This document shows, one piece after another, positions 46,753-54,353 of a stretch of 64,000 nucleotides of DNA. The DNA lies in contig JBBQNR010000005.1 in NCBI GenBank assembly GCA_038330145.1, positions 1,430-65,429 of the forward strand. Reading direction: 5' to 3'. The notes under the pieces are model-generated. The model did not search any database. It was given only the letters and a program-made list of their open reading frames with translations, and was not told the DNA's origin. This stretch comes from Solirubrobacterales bacterium. GTDB lineage: Bacteria > Actinomycetota > Thermoleophilia > Solirubrobacterales > JBBDJG01. The position numbers and the translations under genes were made by a program. Within the stretch, counting starts at the first letter, position 1; each line of letters opens with the position of its first letter.

Positions 46753-48639
46753 GTGGCTGCCGACGCCGAGGGCTCCTTCCGGGTCGCACAGGTCACGCCG
46801 TACCCATGGGAGGGACGGCGTGAGGTCAACCAGTACGTTGGCGGGCTCTCACAGGCGCTGGCCGACCGTGGCCACGCTGTGGTCGTTGTCGCGCCAAGCG
46901 GCTCGCGGGCCATCGTGCGCGAGTCACGGCGCCTGATTCGAGCCGCCGCCGCGGATCCCTCGGCGCTGCTGGCGCCCGGAGCCGTGCGCGTGCTGGCGAT
47001 GGGCCAGAGCCTCCCCATGGGCGCCGCCCGGCGCGGCGGGACCGTGGCGCTGCCGATCGACGTCGCGCGCACGATCGAGAAGCTGCTCGTGAACACGCCG
47101 CTGGACTTCGTTCACGTGCACGAGCCGTTCGTGCCCAGCGCCTCCGCCACCGCGCTGCGCCATTCGCGAGCACTCAATGTGGGCAGCTTCCACTCGCCGA
47201 CCGAGAGGGTGCTGTCGACACAGGTGGTTCGGCGCATGACCGAGCTGTTCTTCGGGCGCCTCGACGGGCGCACGGCGACATTCGAAGTCACGCGCTCGCT
47301 GGTCGCTCGATTCTTTCCCGGCCCCTACGAGATCCTTCCGCCCGGAGTCGACCTCGATCGGTTCCGGCCCGGAGATCGTGGCGGCCAGATCGAGTTCGCG
47401 TTCGCGGCCGAGGAGGAGCGCGGCGCTCTTCGCCTCTTCCTGCGCGCGCTACGCCGCCTGTCGCCGGACCTCGATTGGCGGGCGACGATCTGGACTCCCG
47501 ACAGCGAGGAGCTGGCGCCGCGCATCGGGCGCGCGCTCAGCGAGCGCGTTCGCATCGTCGGCCCCGAGCATGAGTCGCTGGCCGAGCTGTTGGGAAGGGC
47601 CGACGTGCTGTGCGCCGCGTCGACCGGTGTCGCGCCATCGGTGCAGACGGTGCTGAAGGCGATCGCAGCCGGCGCCGTGCCTGTGGCTGCGCGCATCCCT
47701 GTCTACGAGGAGATCCTGGACGACGGCGAGGAGGGACTGCTGTTCGAGCCCGGCGACGTCGCGACGCTCGCCGGGCAGCTGACGCGCCTGGCGTCCGAGC
47801 CGCAGCTGCGCGAAGCCTTTCGCGAGCGATGCCTTGCACGCCGGCCGAGCCTGGACTGGAAGCTCGTGGCTGAGCGGGTCGAGGCCATCTACGGGCGCCT
47901 TGCCGCGCGCAGGCACAGCCCGCCTGCAGCCGCGGCCGGGATACGTCGCCGCCTGGCTCGGCGCGACTTCATCTTCTGTGACCTGCACATGCACACCGAC
48001 CACTCGCCCGATTGCGCCACGCCCGTCGACGTGCTGCTGGACACCGCAAAGCGCAGGGGCCTGGGCGCGATCGCGATCACCGACCACAACGAGATCTCCG
48101 GCGCCCACGAGGCGCGCGACCGCGCCAACGGCATCAAGGTGATCGTCGCCGAGGAGGTCAAGACCGCTCACGAAGGAGAGGTGATCGGGCTCTTCATCGA
48201 GGACAAGATTCCGCGCGGCATGTCGATGCGGGAGACGATCGACGCGATCCACTCCCAGGGCGGCCTCGCCTATGTTCCTCACCCGTTCGACCGCCTGCAC
48301 TCGGTGCCCGACTACGAGCACCTGCTGAAGGTGATCGAGGACATCGACGTGCTCGAGGTCTTCAACGCGCGGGTGGCGGTTCCGTCCTTCAACGAGGAGG
48401 CCGCTCGTTTCGCAGCCAAGTATCGGATGGTCGCGGGCGCCGGCTCGGACAGTCACGTGCCGCAGGGCCTGGGCAGCGTCAAGATCAAGATGCGCGACTT
48501 CCAGGGCGCGGAGGAGTTCCTCGAGAGCCTGCGCGAGGCCGACATTCTGAGCAAGCGCAAGAGCCTGATCTATCTCCAGTCGCTGAAGTTCCTGACGACG
48601 AAAACGAGGCCGCGCTCCGCGAGTCGGGCACGTCGCTGA
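46753..48639 (+). CDS. Fusion of a GT4-family (PimA-like) glycosyltransferase with a C-terminal PHP-family phosphoesterase domain
   Basis: ORF track, 628 aa. N-terminal 'VAQVTPYPWEGRREVNQYVGGLSQALADRGHAV' and 'VLKAIAAGAVPVAARIPVYEEIL..GLLFEPGD' (GT-B). C-terminal 'CDLHMHTDHSPDC', 'AIAITDHNE', 'YVPHPFD' (PHP metal ligands). Confidence 0.8.
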   Translation: MAADAEGSFRVAQVTPYPWEGRREVNQYVGGLSQALADRGHAVVVVAPSGSRAIVRESRRLIRAAAADPSALLAPGAVRVLAMGQSLPMGAARRGGTVALPIDVARTIEKLLVNTPLDFVHVHEPFVPSASATALRHSRALNVGSFHSPTERVLSTQVVRRMTELFFGRLDGRTATFEVTRSLVARFFPGPYEILPPGVDLDRFRPGDRGGQIEFAFAAEEERGALRLFLRALRRLSPDLDWRATIWTPDSEELAPRIGRALSERVRIVGPEHESLAELLGRADVLCAASTGVAPSVQTVLKAIAAGAVPVAARIPVYEEILDDGEEGLLFEPGDVATLAGQLTRLASEPQLREAFRERCLARRPSLDWKLVAERVEAIYGRLAARRHSPPAAAAGIRRRLARRDFIFCDLHMHTDHSPDCATPVDVLLDTAKRRGLGAIAITDHNEISGAHEARDRANGIKVIVAEEVKTAHEGEVIGLFIEDKIPRGMSMRETIDAIHSQGGLAYVPHPFDRLHSVPDYEHLLKVIEDIDVLEVFNARVAVPSFNEEAARFAAKYRMVAGAGSDSHVPQGLGSVKIKMRDFQGAEEFLESLREADILSKRKSLIYLQSLKFLTTKTRPRSASRARR

Positions 48640-48649
48640 GCTGGGACGG

Positions 48650-49306
48650 ATGATGCAGGCACAAGGACAAGGGTCGGCATCGTCAAAACCACCTCGCCGA
48701 ATGCCTGCGACGGACGACGAGATCAAGGAGAAGTACCTCGAGCGCGCGATCCGCGAGCTGAACCGGCTCACACACGAGTTCCAGGAATGCCCCTACTGCC
48801 CTCGGGGCAGCCTGATGCCGGTGCTGGGGTCGGGCCACCCGCAGGCCGACATCTTCCTATTGAAGTTCGCTCCCAGCCCATCCGAGATCGAGGAGGGAGT
48901 CGCGTTCTACGGGCGCAGCGGGAGCGCGCTGATGAAGAGCCTCAAGCGGCTGGGAATCGACCCGCTCGCCGTCTACGGGACCCTCTGCGTCAAGTGCCCG
49001 GTGGCGGACACCGACCTTGCGGCCGAGGAGTGCATGGCCCGTGTGGAGGAGGAGATCGCCGTCGTGCAGCCACGCATGATCGTGGCCATGGGCCCGCGAG
49101 CGCTGGCGGTCCTGAACGACCTTCAGCTGCCGCTGGCGAGCCCGCTCGAGCCCCGGCCCGGCGAGGTGCAGTCGCTGACGCCGACGATCGACGGCCTCTT
49201 CGTGCCCGACATCGACGAGTCGCTGGACGACCAGCAGGCCAAGCAGTCCTTCTGGCGCGCCTTTCGGGCGCTGGGGGACTGGTGGGCCGACCTGCCGCCC
49301 TACTGA
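48650..49306 (+). CDS. Uracil-DNA glycosylase superfamily protein (divergent motif A)
   Basis: ORF track, 218 aa. 'CPYCPRGSLMPVLGSGHPQADIFLLKFAPSPSE..GVAFYGRSGSALMKSL', 'MIVAMGPRA'. GSGHP sits where family-4 UDGs have GE[AG]PG. Confidence 0.65.
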   Translation: MMQAQGQGSASSKPPRRMPATDDEIKEKYLERAIRELNRLTHEFQECPYCPRGSLMPVLGSGHPQADIFLLKFAPSPSEIEEGVAFYGRSGSALMKSLKRLGIDPLAVYGTLCVKCPVADTDLAAEECMARVEEEIAVVQPRMIVAMGPRALAVLNDLQLPLASPLEPRPGEVQSLTPTIDGLFVPDIDESLDDQQAKQSFWRAFRALGDWWADLPPY

Positions 49307-49385
49307 GCCCGGATCGTCGTCGACGACTCAGCCGACCTCGACGGAGCCCCTTGCGGCCGGCGGCGATCGGACCAGACTCGCGCGG

Positions 49386-49562
49386 ATGGACCTCGAAGAG
49401 AAGGTAGGCGTCGAGGAGGTAAAGGAGCGCTGCGAGTCTTGCGGCGGCCGCCTGACCAGCGCCGAGATCACGGTCGCCCTGGAGGGCGCCGGGGATTCGT
49501 TCCTGTGCGCCAGCTGCGCGGCTGAGCGCGTTCCGCTCGACGACGGAAGCGAAGAGCCCTAG
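49386..49562 (+). CDS. Possible 58-aa zinc-ribbon protein
   Basis: My own reading: 'MDLEEKVGVEEVKERCESCGGRLTSAEITVALEGAGDSFLCASCAAERVPLDDGSEEP' (CxxC..CxxC). Its TAG stop is the terminal CTAG of repeat copy B. Confidence 0.4.
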   Translation: MDLEEKVGVEEVKERCESCGGRLTSAEITVALEGAGDSFLCASCAAERVPLDDGSEEP

Positions 49563-49632
49563 ATGATTGATTCTACGATCCACGCACGCACGGATGACGA
49601 GCACGCACGCGGCCGCGGAATCAACCACCTAG
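49559..49632. repeat. Inverted-repeat miniature element, copy B (74 bp; 17-bp internal insertion)
   Basis: Sequence: ctagatgattgattctacgatccacgcacgcacgg[atgacgagcacgcacgc]ggccgcggaatcaaccacctag. The termini match copy C. The bracketed segment is extra. Confidence 0.75.
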
Positions 49633-49650
49633 CCGGTTTGGAGAAGGCCG

Positions 49651-50454
49651 CTAGCGGCGGCCGGGCGCCGCGGCTTCGGCCACCGCGCCGAGCGAGTCTG
49701 CGTCCGCGTGCGCCAGCCCGCGCACCACGATGTGGTCGATCGCCTGCTCGTAGGGAGCGAGTTGCGCCGCTACCTGAGCCGGCTCGGTCGCGGCGATGCC
49801 CACCGTGCCCGGCTGCGCATCGAGGGCCTCGAAGTGACGGATGTATCCCTGGTGCAGCTGGCGGTAGAAGGACTCCTCCTTGAGCAGCCGCTCGCCGGCG
49901 TCCGCACCCACCGCGACGCGCACGTAGCCGAACACCGGCGGCATGTCACGGCCGGCCTCCGCGGCGCCCTCGGCGACGCGCTCACGGGCCCAGAGCGCCT
50001 TCTCCGGCGTCATCCAGTTCAGGAACACGCCGTCTGCCTGCGCTCCCGCCAGCCCGCACATCTTCGGGCCCATGGCGGCGACGATCACGCGCGCCTCGTC
50101 CGGCAGCGCGGCGCGCACCGCGGCCAGCCCTTCGCGCACCACCCCCAGCGGGCGGTTGGTGAAGCCCGCGCCGATCCCGAGCCAGAGCCGGGCGGGCTCG
50201 AGGCCCAGCTCGGAGACCTTTGCCGCCACGTCCGGCGGTTGGTGGCGGTCGAGCGGCAGCACGGCCACGCCCAGCTCGACCGTCGGCGCGGCGCGCGCGA
50301 ACTCGGCGAGCGTCTCGAGCCCGCTTGCCATCGGGTGGTCGTTGGACCACAGCGCGTCGTAGCCCAGCTCGGAGCAGCGCCCCGCCACGTCGCGGGCGAT
50401 CTCCGGCTCCAGGCCCGCCGCCACACCGAACCCTCGCTTGCGTCCGTCAGGCAT
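49651..50454 (-). CDS. Luciferase-like (LLM-class, possibly F420-dependent) oxidoreductase
   Basis: In-frame ATG at 50454 in ORF 49651..50973; the upstream part of that ORF is out-of-frame read-through. 'GYDALWSNDHP', 'LGVAVLPLDRH', 'LGIGAG'. 8-nt overlap with the upstream gene (ATGCCTGA). Confidence 0.7.
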   Translation of the reverse strand: MPDGRKRGFGVAAGLEPEIARDVAGRCSELGYDALWSNDHPMASGLETLAEFARAAPTVELGVAVLPLDRHQPPDVAAKVSELGLEPARLWLGIGAGFTNRPLGVVREGLAAVRAALPDEARVIVAAMGPKMCGLAGAQADGVFLNWMTPEKALWARERVAEGAAEAGRDMPPVFGYVRVAVGADAGERLLKEESFYRQLHQGYIRHFEALDAQPGTVGIAATEPAQVAAQLAPYEQAIDHIVVRGLAHADADSLGAVAEAAAPGRR

Positions 50455-51868
50455 CGCCACGCTCGAACAGCGCCACGCACTCGATGTGTGGGGTGTGGGG
50501 GAACATGTCGACGGGGCGCACCTTAACGAGGCGGAAGCCGGCGTCAACGATCTGGCGCGCGTTCGGCGCCAGCGTCGTCGGGTTGCAGGAGACGTAGACG
50601 ATTCGTTTCGGCTGCGTCTCCAGCAGGCGGCGCACCACCTTCTTGGAGAGGCCGGCGCGCGGGGGGTCGACCAAGACGACGTCGGGTCGCGGCGCCTGCT
50701 CCGCCAGCGGGCGAATCGCCGTGCGGGCGTTGCCGGCGAAGAAGCGCACGTTGTCCACCTCGTTGGCGCGCGCGTTCTCGATCGCGTCGGCGATCGCCTG
50801 CTCCTCCACGTCGACGCCCCAGACCTCGGCCGCGCGCAGTGCCAGCACGAGGCTGAGCGTGCCGATGCCGCAGTAGATGTCGAACACGCGCTCGCGACCG
50901 CTGAGGCCTGCGTATTCGGACGCCTGCTCGTAGAGGCGCTCCGCCATCTCGGTGTTGGTCTGGAAGAAGGCAAACGGCGAGATGCTGAACCTCAGGCCCG
51001 CAAGCTCCTCCTGCATCCGCTCGACGCCCACGACGGTCGTCGTCTCACCCTGCGTGGAGACCTCCGCGACCGCGGAGGTGCGAGTCCAGAGCAGCGACGC
51101 CTCGGGGAAGCGCTCGCGTAGCGCCTCGGCCAGCACCGTCGAGCGGAAATCTCCCTCGGCCGTGACCAGGCGCAGCTGAAGGTCGCCGGTGCGCATTCCC
51201 TCGCGTACCACCAGGTTGCGCAGAAAGCCCGTGCTGTCACGGCGGTCGTAGGCGCTCAACCCTTCCTGCGCGCACCAGTCGCGCACGAGGTTGCGCGCCT
51301 GGTTGTTGCGCTCGGACGCGAGCATGCAGTCGTTGGCGTCCAGCACCTGCTCCCATCGGCCGCGGGCATGGAATCCGAGCACCAGGCGGCCGGCGCCGGA
51401 TTCGCCGAACGAGTACTCCATCTTGTTGCGGTAGCGCCAGATCGTGGCTGCGGGAATGATCGGCTCCAGCTCGTAGCCGGACAGCCCGCCGAGCCGGGTC
51501 AGCGCATCGTCGACCTGACTCTGCTTGTGCTCGATTTGGCGCTCGTAGCGCAGCGCCTGCCAGGGCGAGCCGGGGCATCCCTGGCCATCGTGGTCGCAGC
51601 GCTCGGGAACTCGGTCCGGGCTCGGCTCGAGCAGCTCGACCGCGCGCGCGTTGGCGAAGTCGCGGCGTGACTTGACGACCTCGGCGCGGACGAGGTCGCC
51701 CGGCAGGCCACCCTCCACGAACACGACGTAGCCGCCACGGCGTGCGATGCCCGCGCCTCCGTGGACCAGACCTTCGACCCTCAGCTCCAGCTGCTCGCCG
51801 GCTCGCGGGCGACTCGGCCGAGCGGCCGCGGTGGGTGTGCCTTCGCTTTTTTCGCTCGTTGGGCTCAT
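50447..51868 (-). CDS. TRAM-domain 23S rRNA/tRNA (uracil-5-)-methyltransferase (RlmD/TrmA family)
   Basis: ORF track, 473 aa. TRAM N-terminus 'LELRVEGLVHGGAGIAR', Cys cluster 'CDHDGQGCPGSPW', SAM motif 'VFDIYCGIGTLSL', catalytic 'VYVSCNPTTLA'. Confidence 0.85.
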   Translation of the reverse strand: MSPTSEKSEGTPTAAARPSRPRAGEQLELRVEGLVHGGAGIARRGGYVVFVEGGLPGDLVRAEVVKSRRDFANARAVELLEPSPDRVPERCDHDGQGCPGSPWQALRYERQIEHKQSQVDDALTRLGGLSGYELEPIIPAATIWRYRNKMEYSFGESGAGRLVLGFHARGRWEQVLDANDCMLASERNNQARNLVRDWCAQEGLSAYDRRDSTGFLRNLVVREGMRTGDLQLRLVTAEGDFRSTVLAEALRERFPEASLLWTRTSAVAEVSTQGETTTVVGVERMQEELAGLRFSISPFAFFQTNTEMAERLYEQASEYAGLSGRERVFDIYCGIGTLSLVLALRAAEVWGVDVEEQAIADAIENARANEVDNVRFFAGNARTAIRPLAEQAPRPDVVLVDPPRAGLSKKVVRRLLETQPKRIVYVSCNPTTLAPNARQIVDAGFRLVKVRPVDMFPHTPHIECVALFERGDA

Positions 51869-51885
51869 CGGCTGCGTATCCTGGC

Positions 51886-53403
51886 ATGCCCGTGGAGCGG
51901 TCCTCCAAAAAGGCGATCGACATCGACTCCTATGCGAGCGAGGCGGAGCGCTTCGTCAGCGCTCTGGACCTCGAGTACTACCTGCACTTCTCCGGCCGCA
52001 AGGAGGCTTTCGAGATCGACGAGATCTATGATCGCGACGCACACCTGTTCGAGCGCCCCGTGGTGGACGCGCTGAGGGAGCGGCTGGGCGAGCTGTCGGG
52101 GGAGCGGCAACGGCGCTGCCGCTACCTGCTTCAGCTCGCGGTCGAGGGCTATGTCGGCAGGGAGACCAAGATGCAGGCCTCCGAGCTGGCCGAGCGTGAG
52201 GCCTCACTCGAGATCGAGCTCAACGGCAGTCGCGAGTCCTACCGCCAGGCGGCGCTGCTTCAGGCCAACGAGCCCGACGCCCGCCGGCGCGCCGAGATGG
52301 AGGTCGCCCGCCTCGACGCGCTGGACCGCGAGCTGAACCCACTGCACAGGGAGATGCTGGGGCAGGCGCACAGGCTCACGGTGGAGCTGGGCTGGCCCAG
52401 CTACCGGGCCATGTACGAGGACCTGAAGTGCATCGATCTGGCCGGGCTGCAGCGTCAGACGCAAGCGTTCGCACGGGCGACCGATGCCTCATACCGCGAC
52501 CTCGTCGAGCCCCAGCTGCTCGAACAGACCGGGATCGGATTCGACCGGCTGGAGCGCTCGGACCTTCCCTACTTCTTTCGCGCCAAGACCTACGACGACA
52601 TCTTCCCGCCGCAGGGGCTGACGCAGGCCTTCGAGCGAACCCTTTCGGGGCTCGGCATCGAGCTGGCCGAACAACCGAACGTGCGCCTCGACCTCGAGCA
52701 GCGAAAGCGCAAGAGCCCGCGGGCGTTCTGCGCGCCGGTGCGGGTGCCGGACGAGATCTACCTGGTGATCCCGCGCCGGGGTGGGCGCGACGATTACTCG
52801 GCGCTGTTCCACGAGGGCGGCCACACCGAGCACTACGCGCACGTCGAAGCCGGCCTGCCGTTCGAGTTCCGCCATCTCGGCGATAACTCGGTCACAGAGG
52901 GATTCGCGTTCCTGTTCGAGCACCTGGTCGAGGACCCGACCTGGCTCGCCACCGTGCTGGACGCCCGCGAGACCGGCTCGTATCTCGACTACTCACGGGC
53001 CAACAAGCTGGTCTTCCTCCGTCGCTATGCGGCCAAGCTCGACTACGAGCTGGAGCTGCACGGGGGGCGGCGACCGCTGGACGAGATGGCGTCGCTGTAC
53101 TCGCAGCGGCTGGGCGACGCTGTCGGGGTCGAATGGCCGGCGGTGTCGTACCTGTCCGACGTCGACGAGGGCTTCTACTGCGCCAACTACCTGCGCGCCT
53201 GGGCCTTCGAGGCGCAGCTACGACGGCACCTGCGCGAACGCTTCGGCGCCGAATGGTTCCAGCGGCCCGAAGCCGGCGAGCTGCTGCGCTCGCTGTGGCG
53301 CGAGGGCCAGCGGCTGAACGCCGACGAGCTGCTCGCGCAGCTCACGGGGGAGACGTTGGACTTCTCCGTGATGCTGGACGAGGTGGGCGCCCGACCGGAA
53401 TAA
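51886..53403 (+). CDS. Zinc metallopeptidase, M3/oligoendopeptidase-like (HEGGH)
   Basis: In-frame ATG at 51886 in ORF 51742..53403. 'ALFHEGGHTEHYAH' HExxH motif. The size and helical character fit PepF-like enzymes. The family assignment is tentative. Confidence 0.6.
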   Translation: MPVERSSKKAIDIDSYASEAERFVSALDLEYYLHFSGRKEAFEIDEIYDRDAHLFERPVVDALRERLGELSGERQRRCRYLLQLAVEGYVGRETKMQASELAEREASLEIELNGSRESYRQAALLQANEPDARRRAEMEVARLDALDRELNPLHREMLGQAHRLTVELGWPSYRAMYEDLKCIDLAGLQRQTQAFARATDASYRDLVEPQLLEQTGIGFDRLERSDLPYFFRAKTYDDIFPPQGLTQAFERTLSGLGIELAEQPNVRLDLEQRKRKSPRAFCAPVRVPDEIYLVIPRRGGRDDYSALFHEGGHTEHYAHVEAGLPFEFRHLGDNSVTEGFAFLFEHLVEDPTWLATVLDARETGSYLDYSRANKLVFLRRYAAKLDYELELHGGRRPLDEMASLYSQRLGDAVGVEWPAVSYLSDVDEGFYCANYLRAWAFEAQLRRHLRERFGAEWFQRPEAGELLRSLWREGQRLNADELLAQLTGETLDFSVMLDEVGARPE

Positions 53404-53456
53404 CCGTCCGGCGTCGCTTCGCCCCGCAACAGCTCCACGTTCTCCTGCGACAGCGG

Positions 53457-53843
53457 CTACTGCTCGAGGCCCGCGGCTTCGAGAGCTTCCTCCCGGTTTC
53501 GAAAAGCCTGTTCTCGCACGACCCGATCGCCCTTGAACGTGAACACGAAGGCGAAGCGATCGTTCAGAGCGATCTGGCTGACGGCACCGGCGCCCACCAC
53601 CTGGGCGACGGCCACCACCTTGCCCCCGGCATCGATCAGCTCCACGGGGATGACGTCATAGCCGGACATGGTCTTTCGGTTCTCCTCGTAGATCAGCCGA
53701 ATGGCCTCGTTGCCATGGTGGGTTCCGAGCAGCAGCGTCTCGAACACCACCTCCGGATCGTAGAACTCGACCAGTGCATCCATGTCGCCACGGTTGTGGG
53801 CTGCGAATCCTGCTTTGACCCTTTCCAGGTTCTCCTGCGACAT
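53457..53843 (-). CDS. SnoaL-like / NTF2-fold protein
   Basis: ORF track, 128 aa. 'MSQENLERVKAGFAAHNRGDMDALVEFYDPEVVF' is a typical SnoaL_2-type N-terminus. Confidence 0.65.
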   Translation of the reverse strand: MSQENLERVKAGFAAHNRGDMDALVEFYDPEVVFETLLLGTHHGNEAIRLIYEENRKTMSGYDVIPVELIDAGGKVVAVAQVVGAGAVSQIALNDRFAFVFTFKGDRVVREQAFRNREEALEAAGLEQ

Positions 53844-53846
53844 CTC

Positions 53847-54254
53847 CTACTCCGAGAGGCCGACTGCTTCGATCGCTTCTTCCTTCGTCTGGAACATCTT
53901 GCCGCGGACGATCCTGCCCTCTCGCACCGTCCACAGCATCGCGCCTCGCGCTTCGATCTCGACGCCGCTTCCCTTGCCCCGTCCCCGAACGAGGTCAACC
54001 GTGATCAATTCCTCGGGCCCGCACTCGATGACCTCCTCCATTTCAGGGCTGAAGCGATCGAATGCGTCCAACATCTCCGTCCAAAACCGCGCCAATCCGT
54101 CGTGCCCCATGTACGTGCCCTTGAAGGGGCTGATCGAGGCCGACCAGTCGAACTCCATCTCGGCGCTAACGCATTCCAATGCGGCATCGAGATCTCGTTT
54201 GGCCCAACTGGCCTCGAAGCGCTGAACAAGTTCCACGTTCTCCTGCAACATCAC
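53847..54254 (-). CDS. SnoaL-like / NTF2-fold protein (tandem paralogue)
   Basis: ORF track, 135 aa. 'MMLQENVELVQRFEASWAKRDLDAALECVSAEMEF'. Both paralogues end in 'EEA[LI]EA[AV]GL[ES][QE]'. Confidence 0.65.
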   Translation of the reverse strand: MMLQENVELVQRFEASWAKRDLDAALECVSAEMEFDWSASISPFKGTYMGHDGLARFWTEMLDAFDRFSPEMEEVIECGPEELITVDLVRGRGKGSGVEIEARGAMLWTVREGRIVRGKMFQTKEEAIEAVGLSE

Positions 54255-54296
54255 CCGCGAAGTATCCCGCAGGCGAGGTGCGATGACCGGGCCGGG

Positions 54297-54353
54297 CTAG
54301 ATGATTTATTCCACGATCCACGCACGCACGGGGCCGCGGAATCAACCATCTAG
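54297..54353. repeat. 57-bp inverted-repeat miniature element, copy C
   Basis: Sequence: ctagatgatttattccacgatccacgcacgcacggggccgcggaatcaaccatctag. CTAG is present at both ends. The right-hand CTAG supplies the TAG stop (54350-52) of the adjacent minus-strand gene. Confidence 0.75.

Noticed and set aside
49651-50973. Several ORF-track entries extend far upstream of the likely starts. Examples: 49651..50973 (440 aa), 9901..11097, 23993..25792, 25498..28089, 28481..29317, 60208..61239.
   Set aside because: The N-terminal extensions overlap the neighbouring gene out of frame and have shadow-ORF composition. In-frame internal starts coincide with family-typical N-termini and with 1-8 nt overlaps or short gaps to the upstream stop.
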